A stretch of 64,000 nucleotides of DNA. Origin: a virus. Position 1 is the stretch's first letter. Each line of letters starts with the position of its first letter. The DNA is taken from positions 32,001 to 96,000 of IMG/VR virus record IMGVR_UViG_3300028840_005911; one strand, written 5' to 3'. The notes below the pieces were generated by a model that ran no database searches, had not been told where the DNA came from, and saw only the letters and a program-made list of their open reading frames with translations. Below, piece by piece: positions 29,201 through 38,326 of this stretch. The translations under genes and the position numbers were made by a program.

Positions 29201-29901
29201 ATCCCGGAGCGTTGGGCAACGTCTGTGAGGTTAATTGCCTCTTTCATGGAGAGCATCACGTCCTCACTGGCAAACTCCCTGAGGATCCCAGTGATCTCCC
29301 TAATCTGTCCCCGGGACATCTGCCCGCCCGGCCTAACCCCGGCCTGCCCATAGAACGGCCCCTGCCGACCCATGATGTCACCGACCTGAGAGACATTTTG
29401 CGCACCTTGGTAGATAGATTCTCCGATTGTCTGGATACCCATCCCAACAGCGGCGTAAGGGAGAGCAGTCATGGCTGCCGCCCCGATGCCCCCACCAAGG
29501 GCCCCGAGCCCTCCCATGAGTCCTCGCTGAGCAAAAGCCCCACCAATGTGTCCAATCGTGCCAAGAACCCCCGCCCCTCGGGCAGCTCCGCTACCGTAGC
29601 CAAAGGCTCGAGCTCCCATGGTCCACGGATCTAAGATACCGGCTGGGCCTCCCATGAGACCCCCGGCAATGGACGCCGCACCCGCCAGCCCGGGCAGGGC
29701 CATTCCAACACCACCCACCATAGCCCCGGCCATCCCTGCGGAGGGCTCGGACTGGGGGAATGGGTTCTGCATCTGGGAGACCTGCATCTGTGGGCCGGTA
29801 CCGTACATGTTGCTGATCTGCTGAGCATGACCAGCATAGTTGGAAAACATTACATGTTGTCCGCCAACGGCCCCAGAGATCTGATAGGAGGTCATTACCA
29901 T
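26278..29901 (-). CDS. Tape measure protein
   Basis: 1207 aa, Gly/Ala/Met-rich, helical, precedes baseplate genes. Confidence 0.75.
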   Translation of the reverse strand: MVMTSYQISGAVGGQHVMFSNYAGHAQQISNMYGTGPQMQVSQMQNPFPQSEPSAGMAGAMVGGVGMALPGLAGAASIAGGLMGGPAGILDPWTMGARAFGYGSGAARGAGVLGTIGHIGGAFAQRGLMGGLGALGGGIGAAAMTALPYAAVGMGIQTIGESIYQGAQNVSQVGDIMGRQGPFYGQAGVRPGGQMSRGQIREITGILREFASEDVMLSMKEAINLTDVAQRSGMLSGVMNAQQFKTRFREIINQVRNISDVMGSTIEEAMPLFGQAQRMGLWRANDIMGMAGAMRAAGPAAPQLMGAMQAGATMAHRMGGPLGAGAMMGQEAFMNIQAAGQAGVLTSRDIREMTGGVGGAAGQQMVAQQLTGTAAQFAQSGMGRLMVAGLGEFEEGRFTGKIDPRAMQRFTAGQLDIGQLQARGRSRIGTRGGAASFAVQQGQIGQRMMAEGGMESVGQAVRSVMERAGYGEAGEDIQNLFIQKLMGVEAREADIWRRLGDEMPRIRDQRLRRQRQAIEDAARDLDRKKYRSFEGMKRALEHAWEQTLAPIEDVASTAVTRIGEDMDDLVNQFFGRTGGTVVTQGERMEIMRGGRGGMMGAAEMASMAQRIGGGTRGTPIGERFVRSYSSEGAGLFWGTARFTGGLAASALGMENADPYSRLGALGGFEAGGVSRRAQEPTLERLGYNISREEAQPKLNKLSLAMKKFMSNTTNARRLAKLREESRGNRGAYAAMLNEELMKDPEYAEAARSLMKAGGKSVFSAENQMDMLALAQKESGWDNSFLSANLQGWAQDAGLGALDLQDTAKVLEYKNTLADEAAEMLKEPPTVVGTAARTIASLSMAAFAPHVAWTAGQGIYEIVTGKAGVGEALTKAFTGAYGVTGAIDREMFDEDMVSSKDLLNALENSDWGHSLSQWIRDRADENSEGGKKFIEAVFKKNDPKARKIYNQIAALKARNPAALSKLASKTNLVDDIKRYQTTMEAQEERKTLAGKELAALTKRGAGPLSTRLTTKYRQLLEAYTEDPTGERTQDRAQALAAEISGDTEAMDALRRTGGAVAGHTVGMAMLEGLSSTSGMSAQQLKKRMREISRTLGYDVLRSSSSETQKMIKEAMEGGLTFTELRRIRGALGREVGARGPVATPGGREAQNEKLLGLLGSYAESHQKFVWAVGASVAAMQGKGEDITDKLKELQTEVTSMKSKGYGQN

Positions 29902-30110
29902 TGTGAGGCGGGCTCCTCTGGTAGTTCTTTATGAAGTCTACCTGAAAAATCGAGCCAAAACAATGGTGTAGAGAGGAAGGTAAAAATGAAGGGTCTTTTC
30001 GTTACAAGAATAGTGAGTCAAAGGAGTCCTGTGATGCCGAGGAGCGCCAGAAATGGAAGCAAGACCCATCGCAGGAGAGCTCGAGGTCCGGACCACTCCG
30101 GAGATTCATT

Positions 30111-30371
30111 TTACTCCTGAGCCTTCTGCTTGTCCGGTGGCGGGGTGACCTTCTTGGACTTCTTCCCGGGCGTGTCCTTCTTCACGATGCGGTCACGGTA
30201 GTTCTTGATGGTCTTCTCGCAGGTAGAACAGAGATCCTCGTACCGGATTGTCTCCCCGAGGAACTTCATTTCCAGAGCGTAGCTGGCCTTCGTATCCTCC
30301 TTCGGGACCGGCATGACGGTAACCTTCTTGCACCTGTCGCACTGTACCTCGAGTACTTTCCTTGTAGCCAT
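30111..30371 (-). CDS. Zn-ribbon protein
   Basis: CDRC...DLCSTC. Confidence 0.65.
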   Translation of the reverse strand: MATRKVLEVQCDRCKKVTVMPVPKEDTKASYALEMKFLGETIRYEDLCSTCEKTIKNYRDRIVKKDTPGKKSKKVTPPPDKQKAQE

Positions 30372-30592
30372 TAGAATCTCTCTCTCAGCTTCTGGTAGAG
30401 GTAGCTCCCCACAGCGTCCAGCTCCCAGTCGGTCAGACCGTCTGCCGTGGGGTCATTTTCGTGGGCCGTACTTACGAGGAAGCTGCTGAAAGTTTCGGCC
30501 TCTTTTCGACATAAGGAGAATAGAGGCTTACCCCCCTCCTGTAGTTCTTCGTCGCCGCCTTCCAAGGTGACTTTGATCTTCGGTTCGGACAT
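30371..30592 (-). CDS. Hypothetical protein (73 aa; true part of track ORF 30371-31039)
   Basis: GGAGG RBS before MSEPKIK; upstream part overlaps plus-strand genes. Confidence 0.6.
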   Translation of the reverse strand: MSEPKIKVTLEGGDEELQEGGKPLFSLCRKEAETFSSFLVSTAHENDPTADGLTDWELDAVGSYLYQKLRERF

Positions 30593-30620
30593 ATAGGCCT
30601 CCGTATCGTTGTTGTGGTAA

Positions 30621-30642
30621 CTATACATATGCTGTATGTATG
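30621..30642. promoter_or_regulatory. Inverted-repeat operator candidate CTATACATA-N5-TATGTATG
   Basis: In divergent intergenic gap; second copy at 46535-46556. Confidence 0.55.
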
Positions 30643-30658
30643 CGTCAAGGAGAAGCAG

Positions 30659-30880
30659 ATGCCAAGACCCAGAGCGAAAAGATTCAAAGTTGTAAGGGGC
30701 GATGCCGAGTGCTGGTTTCCCTATGACCGTGAGCTCACGGAGAAGAAGCTCACGGATCTGTGTAATGCCCGTGAACAGAGCTTCGACAAGGTATTCCCCG
30801 GCCTCCTCCTGAAGGATGACGACGGTAACATCCTCGAGCCCGAGCTGAAGATCACCTTCAAAGAGTCTGACGATGAATGA
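30659..30880 (+). CDS. Hypothetical protein
   Basis: AAGGAG RBS before MPRPRAK. Confidence 0.6.
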   Translation: MPRPRAKRFKVVRGDAECWFPYDRELTEKKLTDLCNAREQSFDKVFPGLLLKDDDGNILEPELKITFKESDDE

Positions 30881-31064
30881 CAAGCCGAAATTCAAGCTCA
30901 AGTACTGGTACCGTGGGGCTCCAGAATCAAGACCCGGAGGTCCGTACTGGTATAGATATTTCAAGGATGAAGACACTATGAACTCGTTCATAAACAGCCA
31001 CATAGAATTTTGGAATGACCACCAAATCACGGAGATCAATGATGAGAGAGTTCAGGCAGACTAA
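30873..31064 (+). CDS. Hypothetical protein
   Basis: Overlapping packing. Confidence 0.5.
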   Translation: MNDKPKFKLKYWYRGAPESRPGGPYWYRYFKDEDTMNSFINSHIEFWNDHQITEINDERVQAD

Positions 31065-32361
31065 AGGACGGACATCGAAGCCAGTCGTCTGGATGGTTGA
31101 TGTAGAGGACAATGCCGTTCACACCACCTGGGGCCAGCTCGATGGTAAGATGCAAGGTACCACACAGACCTTCAAGGCGGTCAACGTCGGCAAGTCCAAC
31201 GAGAAGTCACCTCAGCAGGTCGCCCAGGAGTTCGCCGACCGGCAGGTCCTGAAGAAGACCAGGGAAGGGTTCAAGGAGTTCGACCACGAGACCGGAGAGC
31301 TCATCGGTGAATCTGCGGACTCCATCGAGTCGTTTATCGAGCTGCCGCCCAACATGCGGCTGTACAAGCCACAGAACTCGCTGCCAAAGTACCTCATCAA
31401 CCTGGCCGAGAAGGGCAAGGCCTGGTTCGTCAGGAAGCGGAACGGCGAGATGATGGTGGCTTCGAAAGGCGAGGACGGACACTTCAGGTTCTACTCGTCC
31501 AAGCTCCTCCCAAGCCACAAGGATGAGGCTGACGAAGGTATCCCATGGTCTGACCGCTTCCCGCACCTCCTGGGTGTTCTCAAGCGGTATGACATACCGG
31601 ACAGATCTGTACTTGCCGGCGAGCTCGTGTCAGGAAGATACGAAGATGACCTGTACCGGGTCGGCAGCGTCATGAAGAGCCTGACCCCTCGGGCTCTCGA
31701 GCTCCAACAGAAGGAAGGGCCCCTGTGGTACTGCATCTGGGACGTCATCTTCTGGAGCGGTAAGAACCTGCTGGAGACTATGACCTACCGGGAACGTCTC
31801 CAGGTACTGAAGCGTGCGATAGCTACCCCCTTCCCGGACTACCTCACCCTCCCAGAAAGGGAGGCACCTGCCGCAGATGAATCTGTCATCGACGCGATGA
31901 AGGAGCAGGCAAAAGACAAGGGCTGGGAAGGCTACGTGGTTGTAGACCCAGAGGTCCCCTACGGAGAGAAGGGTGTCAGCTTCCACGGCAAAGCGGAGCG
32001 GCCCAAGTACTGCGGTAAGCTCAAACCGACCCTCGAGGCGGATTTCATCGCCATGTGGGACCCCGACAACGATATCGGGACCTGGGGCAAGGGTAAGAAG
32101 TCCGGCGGTGTTGGCGCGCTGTTCCTCTATCTCCTAGACGAGGAGACCGGAGAGAACGTCTACATCTCCAAGTGCGGCGGAGGTCTGACAGACGAGGACG
32201 TCTTCAAGCTCGCCGATCCTTCTCTGTACCCGCTCGTGGTCGAGGTGGAGTTTGCTGCCTGGACACCCAAGGGCTCCATCCAGTTCCCGGAACTCAAGAG
32301 GGTTCGTCACGATAAGGATCCTGAGGATTGCACTCTGTCCCAGAGACCGGAGGTGGAATGA
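31039..32361 (+). CDS. lig: ATP-dependent DNA ligase with N-terminal WGR-like domain
   Basis: Motif I KRNG, III GEL, IIIa IWDV, IV EGYVV, V KLKP, OB-fold FPELKRVRHDK; TWGQLDG N-terminus. Confidence 0.85.
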   Translation: MMREFRQTKGRTSKPVVWMVDVEDNAVHTTWGQLDGKMQGTTQTFKAVNVGKSNEKSPQQVAQEFADRQVLKKTREGFKEFDHETGELIGESADSIESFIELPPNMRLYKPQNSLPKYLINLAEKGKAWFVRKRNGEMMVASKGEDGHFRFYSSKLLPSHKDEADEGIPWSDRFPHLLGVLKRYDIPDRSVLAGELVSGRYEDDLYRVGSVMKSLTPRALELQQKEGPLWYCIWDVIFWSGKNLLETMTYRERLQVLKRAIATPFPDYLTLPEREAPAADESVIDAMKEQAKDKGWEGYVVVDPEVPYGEKGVSFHGKAERPKYCGKLKPTLEADFIAMWDPDNDIGTWGKGKKSGGVGALFLYLLDEETGENVYISKCGGGLTDEDVFKLADPSLYPLVVEVEFAAWTPKGSIQFPELKRVRHDKDPEDCTLSQRPEVE

Positions 32362-32600
32362 TGGCAAAGATAGGTGATATAGCCGTTGTCCCGGAAGGGA
32401 CCAAAAACCCATACAAATCTGAACAGATTATCGGCAAACTTCGGGAGGAACTTCTACGAAAATTCCTGACCGGGGAAGAGACTGCTGGATACGAATTCTG
32501 GGATGCCCCTATATGTGGTGGGGCCAAGAAGCTGAGGGATAAAGAAGAAGCCAGAGTCGACCAAGAATTCATCGACTATCTAGTTGGGAGATCAAAATGA
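32358..32600 (+). CDS. Hypothetical protein
   Basis: Operon packing. Confidence 0.55.
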   Translation: MMAKIGDIAVVPEGTKNPYKSEQIIGKLREELLRKFLTGEETAGYEFWDAPICGGAKKLRDKEEARVDQEFIDYLVGRSK

Positions 32601-32902
32601 AGTGGCTATCTGCCCTGAAGACAGGTCAATATTCCGATACCTATATCTTCATTGTCGGGGCCTACGACACTAAGGATCAGGCTACCCATGCTGCAGAAGA
32701 TGTTCTCTCGAAGGCCAGAGAACTGCGGAAGAGATACGAAGAGGTACAGAGCCACGATGATCCATTCGAAGAGGAACTGACGATAGATAGAGAACATGAG
32801 AAGCTCTTCAACCAGGAAGGGGATTGGTTCCCGACTAGAGACCCAGAGGATTGGGATATTATCGTAGAGCAGGTAGGCGATAAACTGGTAAGGATATTCT
32901 AA
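32597..32902 (+). CDS. Hypothetical protein
   Basis: ATGA overlap. Confidence 0.6.
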   Translation: MKWLSALKTGQYSDTYIFIVGAYDTKDQATHAAEDVLSKARELRKRYEEVQSHDDPFEEELTIDREHEKLFNQEGDWFPTRDPEDWDIIVEQVGDKLVRIF

Positions 32903-32935
32903 TGAAATACAGAACATTCATCCCGTGGAGGAAAC

Positions 32936-33178
32936 ATGAACGGTAAACTGTATGTACTGATTGGGGAGTACAAGGGAGATTATGACGATTTCTACGAACG
33001 CCCAACCGAGTCTATCGCCGCCTCCAAGAATCTTAAAAAAGTAGAGAAACAAAAAGAGATACTCAACTCGGAAGGACACGACTTCGTTGACTTCCGAGTT
33101 GAAGAAGTCGAAGACCTAGACTACGACATCACCCAAAAGGCCAGGGCCCACTACGGATGGCCTACGGAGCAAAAATGA
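32936..33178 (+). CDS. Hypothetical protein
   Basis: GGAGG RBS. Confidence 0.6.
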   Translation: MNGKLYVLIGEYKGDYDDFYERPTESIAASKNLKKVEKQKEILNSEGHDFVDFRVEEVEDLDYDITQKARAHYGWPTEQK

Positions 33179-33393
33179 GCACAGCCGGAGAACGTGTAGA
33201 TATTGTCTCCAGGGCCGTCCTTGACGAGACATCTGGAGAGGTGCATCTCACAGTCAGAGCATATGAAGATAATGGGACCACATTTCGTGGAATCGTCTTC
33301 AAGTTCAGTCTTGAGGATCTTCCCCAATATCCGAATGGCGGTCATCTCATTCATAGAAAACTCAGCAAGAAGGACATCAGGGACACGAGGTAG
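33175..33393 (+). CDS. Hypothetical protein
   Basis: ATGA overlap. Confidence 0.55.
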   Translation: MSTAGERVDIVSRAVLDETSGEVHLTVRAYEDNGTTFRGIVFKFSLEDLPQYPNGGHLIHRKLSKKDIRDTR

Positions 33394-33394
33394 A

Positions 33395-33679
33395 ATGATG
33401 GACATACGACCTGAAGGCTGGCTGTTTAACATCCTAGACATAGAACATCATCCCATAGTCCGCCGTTGGCTTGACAGAGGAGATGGTGTAGCCGTATATC
33501 GTAATGTGGCTCTGGATTCTGGTAATCTAGGCCATCGAAAGTTCGTGAGCTTCGGATCCGAAGCGGCTCAGCTCGAGACTGATGATCCTCCAAAGAAACT
33601 TCCCGATATCGGAGGACAGATCAATTGGAGATACCAACTCGAAGCTGTAGTTAGGAGAGCTTTCGTGGAGGGAGAATAA
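33395..33679 (+). CDS. Hypothetical protein
   Basis: GAGG RBS before MMDIRP. Confidence 0.6.
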   Translation: MMDIRPEGWLFNILDIEHHPIVRRWLDRGDGVAVYRNVALDSGNLGHRKFVSFGSEAAQLETDDPPKKLPDIGGQINWRYQLEAVVRRAFVEGE

Positions 33680-33873
33680 TGTCCTACACAAAGCGTGTTG
33701 ATATCTGGTGCGATGGTCCGGAATGCGGAGACTGGATATCCCCAGAGGATCCTACCCAATACGTGAACAGGGCCAGGGAAAGGGTAGCTCCGTATGGGTG
33801 GATATACTACGGCGGTAAGGATTACTGCCCTTACTGTGCAGAGAAAATTAAGGGAGTACAAGATGAAGATTAA
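33679..33873 (+). CDS. Small Zn-binding protein
   Basis: CDGPEC...CPYC. Confidence 0.65.
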   Translation: MSYTKRVDIWCDGPECGDWISPEDPTQYVNRARERVAPYGWIYYGGKDYCPYCAEKIKGVQDED

Positions 33874-34075
33874 CACAAGTCTATCTTTGGCCGAAGACGA
33901 ATGGCGCGAGATGTGCGACCTCTCCTACGGACTGTGTATCTCCTGCGGATCGGAGAGGGAATGCACGGAGCCGGATGCCGAAGGGTATGATTGTCCGGGG
34001 TGCGGGGAAAACTCAGTGGTCGGGGCAGAGCAACTTCTGTTTGTGGCGCCGGACATCATACAATTTGGTGACTGA
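33863..34075 (+). CDS. Small Zn-ribbon protein
   Basis: CISCG...CPGCG. Confidence 0.65.
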   Translation: MKINTSLSLAEDEWREMCDLSYGLCISCGSERECTEPDAEGYDCPGCGENSVVGAEQLLFVAPDIIQFGD

Positions 34076-34279
34076 ATGACTACGGTATATGATCTCGGCT
34101 CCGGGAAAGAGGCGGCAGTATACTCTCTGCCTCCAAAAGAAGCTTTGATAGCTTGCTGGGAACAGCATCACAAGAACCACAGTACCTGGGAGTACGCCAA
34201 GAAACTCGAAGAAGAGTTCTATCCTCTTGAGGAAGGAGAGTACGGTTACACCCTCGGGAAGCTCTGGGTAAGGAAATGA
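34076..34279 (+). CDS. Hypothetical protein
   Basis: Operon packing. Confidence 0.6.
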   Translation: MTTVYDLGSGKEAAVYSLPPKEALIACWEQHHKNHSTWEYAKKLEEEFYPLEEGEYGYTLGKLWVRK

Positions 34280-34731
34280 GGCATGTAACTGTAGGAGGAG
34301 ACGGGTTTAGTAGGCGGTGTAACGTCACCGCCAAGAAGGTCTATTGCCCAAATTCTTCCTCCATTGGATATAGCAAAGTGCATGCTGATCCGGGAGACTG
34401 GATTGTTTGGAGAACACTTCTGGACGATGACAATTACCTGTTAGAGAGCGGGAGGGTTCTAGGCCATATATCATCTTGCGACTCTGACGGAGAAGACTGC
34501 ACAGGTTGGCTGTTCGTCCTATGGGTGTTCAGATGGGGAGGATGTGGAATACGGTGGATAAATCCGAAGGATGTCGTTGAATGTTGCCCTCCCTTTCCGG
34601 AGCTCATGCACTTCATAATGTCGTTTGACGTGAGCGCTGAAAACATCAAAGAAGTTTGTAGAGCGGTCCACAGGGGTGAGCTGTCTGAACCCTACATCGA
34701 ACAGGTGAAGAGCCGCCTAAAGGAGTATTAG
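34276..34731 (+). CDS. Hypothetical protein
   Basis: ATGA overlap. Confidence 0.6.
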   Translation: MRHVTVGGDGFSRRCNVTAKKVYCPNSSSIGYSKVHADPGDWIVWRTLLDDDNYLLESGRVLGHISSCDSDGEDCTGWLFVLWVFRWGGCGIRWINPKDVVECCPPFPELMHFIMSFDVSAENIKEVCRAVHRGELSEPYIEQVKSRLKEY

Positions 34732-34977
34732 ATGGAACCTGGAGATTGGACAATAGATGATATACTTCAAGTTCTCGACCGTGCAGATATCGATGCTGAA
34801 CAGCTGGACGATCTGGTGCTTGATATGCATATCAAAGATGCCTCCCTGGTCAGCGCCTCGGGACTTCGCGGACAGGTAGAGTATCTATCCGAGCTAACCG
34901 GGGACCCAAGGGAGACTCTGAGGATGATAGCGAGGCACACCAAGAATCCGGTCATTACGGCCCCCGAGGATATATGA
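34732..34977 (+). CDS. Hypothetical protein
   Basis: AAGGAG RBS. Confidence 0.6.
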   Translation: MEPGDWTIDDILQVLDRADIDAEQLDDLVLDMHIKDASLVSASGLRGQVEYLSELTGDPRETLRMIARHTKNPVITAPEDI

Positions 34978-35168
34978 GCGACAACTACGAGCTCGCCCGA
35001 TCCGATACCAAACTGGACGGCGTGACCGGGCATATGGAGATCACAGTCCGCATCATAGACCACAAGAACGAGGTCGTCAGGGCGACGGTCTTTCTACTAG
35101 ACGCCGGCGACCTAGAGATACAACACCAAGGCTTCAAGCCTCACGTGGCAAATCTGAGGAGGGAATAG
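34974..35168 (+). CDS. Hypothetical protein
   Basis: ATGA overlap. Confidence 0.55.
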   Translation: MSDNYELARSDTKLDGVTGHMEITVRIIDHKNEVVRATVFLLDAGDLEIQHQGFKPHVANLRRE

Positions 35169-35172
35169 AAAA

Positions 35173-35487
35173 ATGGGAATGTGGACCGACATAAAAGCGT
35201 ACAAGAAGTCAGATGAGCACGACAAGCACGTCAGGATTTGGAGGATGTGCCAAGAAGAGGGTGTAGGCCTACCACCAGAAACTGCAGCATACTTCTCAAA
35301 ATTGGGGGACTACATAAAGGACAACCCAGATAATCTATGTGATGATGAAGTAAGGGACCTTCTCGAGACGGACCTCCAAGATAGTGTGCGGAAGATCGAG
35401 GGCGAGGAGATGGTCGACGGCTACGAGATAGACGTCGCCAAGCTCCCAAAGGATGTGGCGATCATCAGATTCGCGAACCACTACTAA
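35173..35487 (+). CDS. Hypothetical protein
   Basis: GGAGG RBS. Confidence 0.65.
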   Translation: MGMWTDIKAYKKSDEHDKHVRIWRMCQEEGVGLPPETAAYFSKLGDYIKDNPDNLCDDEVRDLLETDLQDSVRKIEGEEMVDGYEIDVAKLPKDVAIIRFANHY

Positions 35488-35498
35488 GGTGCATACAG

Positions 35499-36053
35499 AT
35501 GGTATATAGCGATAAAATCGGAAAGGTGAAAGAGACCAGGCTGGGAGAGTTCGAAGTCACCTCTGGAGCCTTGAGGGTCACCGACCCTTGCTACGACGAG
35601 GTGGTATGGTGCTCAGGTACCGTGGACAACGTCAAGAACGGTACCTGGGAAGCTTTCATCATGACCAGCGACTTCTCCTCCTGGGGGAACAGGGTCATCA
35701 AGCTTCTCGCGAACCACAAAGACTATGAAGGGATCAGCAAATTCGAGCACGAGGACGTGGGATTCGAAGTCGGTGTCGACTCCGGCCAGGCTGGCATCTT
35801 CGATCTCGAGGAATGGAGGAAGATGCGGCATGACTTCAAGGATGAGTGGTACGGTGATATCTGCGGGGTAACCAACCCTGCCGGAGTCATCCCCTGGGGA
35901 GTGGCTACCAGGTCAGGATTCGGAGACGGAGGATACTTCGCAGAGAAGTACCTCAAGGATGGCAAGGTAGTAGGTATCGAGGTTGTCTTCATCGTCAACG
36001 AAGACGCAGAAAAGTGCGAGTACGGAGAGGAAGACTGCGGGTGTGTGGGATGA
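35499..36053 (+). CDS. DUF4241-like protein
   Basis: SGALRVTDPCY, VGVDSGQAGIFD, SGFGDGGY. Confidence 0.75.
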   Translation: MVYSDKIGKVKETRLGEFEVTSGALRVTDPCYDEVVWCSGTVDNVKNGTWEAFIMTSDFSSWGNRVIKLLANHKDYEGISKFEHEDVGFEVGVDSGQAGIFDLEEWRKMRHDFKDEWYGDICGVTNPAGVIPWGVATRSGFGDGGYFAEKYLKDGKVVGIEVVFIVNEDAEKCEYGEEDCGCVG

Positions 36054-36146
36054 AGCTCGTACTGCTGGCCACGCTGGTGGCGATAATAATCTTGTCCGGC
36101 CTGATCATCCGTGGAATAACCAAGGCCCTGAACGAGGAGCTCAGAG

Positions 36147-37304
36147 ATGGAACTGATAAAGACGAACTTCCGTGACAAGGAGTGCAAGATCTCCATCGAC
36201 AAGGACATGGAGGTCGAGAGGGTATCCGGTGACTGCGACCTCATGGAATGGACGGAGCTGGATTCCTATCGCGACTACTCCGGATACCACGTCTCAAAGA
36301 CCTTCTCCACTCCTGACGGCCTTCGGTACAGGCTGGTCATCGAAGACGAGGACCTCAGCCAGTTTGACGCTGAATGGGAGAAGGAGGAAGGCGATAAGGA
36401 ACTGCACAAGTTCGTCGTGACTCTATACGTCGTCCCCGTCTCAGTCACCGAAGAGGTCGCCGCTGAGTGCCTCGGTGACAGCATAGAGATGGTCGAAGAG
36501 ATCGTGGGGAAAGACCCTGAGGACTACAGTGAGTTGGTCCTTGATATCGCCAGCCACGGACATAGGGTGCGGATCTGGGCAGAGACGGTCTGGGCCACGA
36601 TGCCGGAACAGCCAGAGGTCAAGGATCTCATCGAGGAGGCAAAGAAGCAAGCCGAACCAGTTCCGGACCTGATCAAGCTCTACATGAATAGACCTATCAA
36701 CCGTGCAGGGTGGACAGGATGGTGGGTCATGAGAAACGCGAAGGCATACCCCGGTCAGCACATCAACACCAACGATGCAGAAGAGGAGATCACCGACTGC
36801 GGGGACTGCGGGGAGGAAAGACGCTGTCAGAGGTTCGATACCACCGAGGGGGACAGGTGGCTCTGTGAGCGCTGCCTGAGCTTCTGGACCGACTGCAAGA
36901 AGTGCGGCATCCTCATGCTGCATTCTCCCAAAGGATATGAGGGGGCAGAGTGGGTCAAGATCGATGGCAAGAAGTACTGCGACGACTGCGCTCTGAAGAT
37001 CATGGAGACCGATCCCCCACGGATCATGAAGGGCGGGACCCATTACTCAGATGAGGAGCTCGCAGAGAACATCCTCGACCTGGCCGCTCTAGGCCGGGAT
37101 AACATCTACGGGGATTTCAAGGTCGACAAAATCTGGAGGCTGAGGTTCGACGAAGACCCGAAGAAGATGTACGAACACTTCGCCCGGCACATCATCAGCA
37201 AACCTGGTGACGAGTTCTTCCTGGCCATTGTATCCAAAGGCCAGTTCGACATGGATCTCAGCTTGTACGTGAACGTCAAAAAGAGGAATGATAGTAGTAC
37301 TTGA
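36147..37304 (+). CDS. Hypothetical multi-domain protein with Cys clusters
   Basis: CGDCG, CERC, CKKCG, YCDDC. Confidence 0.65.
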   Translation: MELIKTNFRDKECKISIDKDMEVERVSGDCDLMEWTELDSYRDYSGYHVSKTFSTPDGLRYRLVIEDEDLSQFDAEWEKEEGDKELHKFVVTLYVVPVSVTEEVAAECLGDSIEMVEEIVGKDPEDYSELVLDIASHGHRVRIWAETVWATMPEQPEVKDLIEEAKKQAEPVPDLIKLYMNRPINRAGWTGWWVMRNAKAYPGQHINTNDAEEEITDCGDCGEERRCQRFDTTEGDRWLCERCLSFWTDCKKCGILMLHSPKGYEGAEWVKIDGKKYCDDCALKIMETDPPRIMKGGTHYSDEELAENILDLAALGRDNIYGDFKVDKIWRLRFDEDPKKMYEHFARHIISKPGDEFFLAIVSKGQFDMDLSLYVNVKKRNDSST

Positions 37305-37312
37305 GGCAACGC

Positions 37313-37909
37313 CTACAGTACTCCCCCTTCTTGCCGGTCTTCGGGTTCACCTTCGTCGTCGTCACCAACTTGCATTTCGGGCAGCGCATCTTCCGTCCCT
37401 TCCCGGACGTCTCTATCGCTCTGCTTCCCAGACTTCTCACCATAGTCGCCTCCAAAGATCACGGCTCCCTCGGGGTACTCTTCCTCGGGGGAGCCGTGCT
37501 CCTCTTGTTTCTCTTCTTTAGGTAGCTCCGGGAGCTCTGACAGGTCCTTCCCGAGATACCAATGATGATAGTGTTGTGCCGAGTCCGGCCGCTGCCTGAA
37601 CTCGTCGAACTGGTTGAAGAGGTCGTTGATGGTCTCCACCGTGACCTCCGGGATGGCAGTACCGAAGTTCTCGTTGTGGTACTCCGTCAAGGTGTTGAGC
37701 CTCGAGACCGTCATCCTTACCAAGACCGCCAGCTGAGCGTTAATGCCCTGCTCGTTCTCCTGGAGCTTGGACTGGTTGTTCCACAGGATCTTCAGATCCT
37801 GCTCAAGCTGCTGAACCCTTTGAACGAGCCCCTCTACGAATTTGGCGAGACGCTTTACCGTTGGTCTTGACCTTGGCAGCTTTACCACTTTCTTTCTTGG
37901 CTGCGCCAT
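37313..37909 (-). CDS. Hypothetical coiled-coil protein
   Basis: GGAGG RBS; convergent with plus-strand block. Confidence 0.65.
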   Translation of the reverse strand: MAQPRKKVVKLPRSRPTVKRLAKFVEGLVQRVQQLEQDLKILWNNQSKLQENEQGINAQLAVLVRMTVSRLNTLTEYHNENFGTAIPEVTVETINDLFNQFDEFRQRPDSAQHYHHWYLGKDLSELPELPKEEKQEEHGSPEEEYPEGAVIFGGDYGEKSGKQSDRDVREGTEDALPEMQVGDDDEGEPEDRQEGGVL

Positions 37910-38183
37910 TCTTGCCCTCCTTGATCTCCACTGTGCTGTCCATGATGGTCGATATCTGGTCCGACAACGGGGCGATGTGATCAGATACCACCTGGTCCCG
38001 GATGGTCACTACCGTATCTGATCCGACCTTGCCGACATTATCGGTCCAGATCTCCTTACCTTCCAGCTCGATTCCCTCATCGGGGATGAACGTATTCAGG
38101 AAGTTTACCACCTCCTGCCAGACTGCCCGCTCTTCTTGAGCGAACCTCAAATCTGTCAGGGCCTGCGAGAGTTTCTGCTTCAT
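37803..38183 (-). CDS. Hypothetical protein
   Basis: GGGAG RBS; overlaps next gene by about 100 nt. Confidence 0.55.
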   Translation of the reverse strand: MKQKLSQALTDLRFAQEERAVWQEVVNFLNTFIPDEGIELEGKEIWTDNVGKVGSDTVVTIRDQVVSDHIAPLSDQISTIMDSTVEIKEGKNGAAKKESGKAAKVKTNGKASRQIRRGARSKGSAA

Positions 38184-38326
38184 GGTAAAATTTCTCCCGT
38201 CTTTCGGTACAAGGACTTTGTCGGACCTTCGATGGTGAGTGACGGCCAGCTCACCAGGGATGTCCTGGAGACAACCCGGCCAGGGTCAGTAGCCGAATCC
38301 TCATCTTGGTCGAGGCGACCATCCTG

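Noticed and set aside
30593-31039. 5' extension of minus-strand ORF 30371-31039
   Set aside because: Antisense to RBS-supported plus-strand genes; good RBS at 30592.
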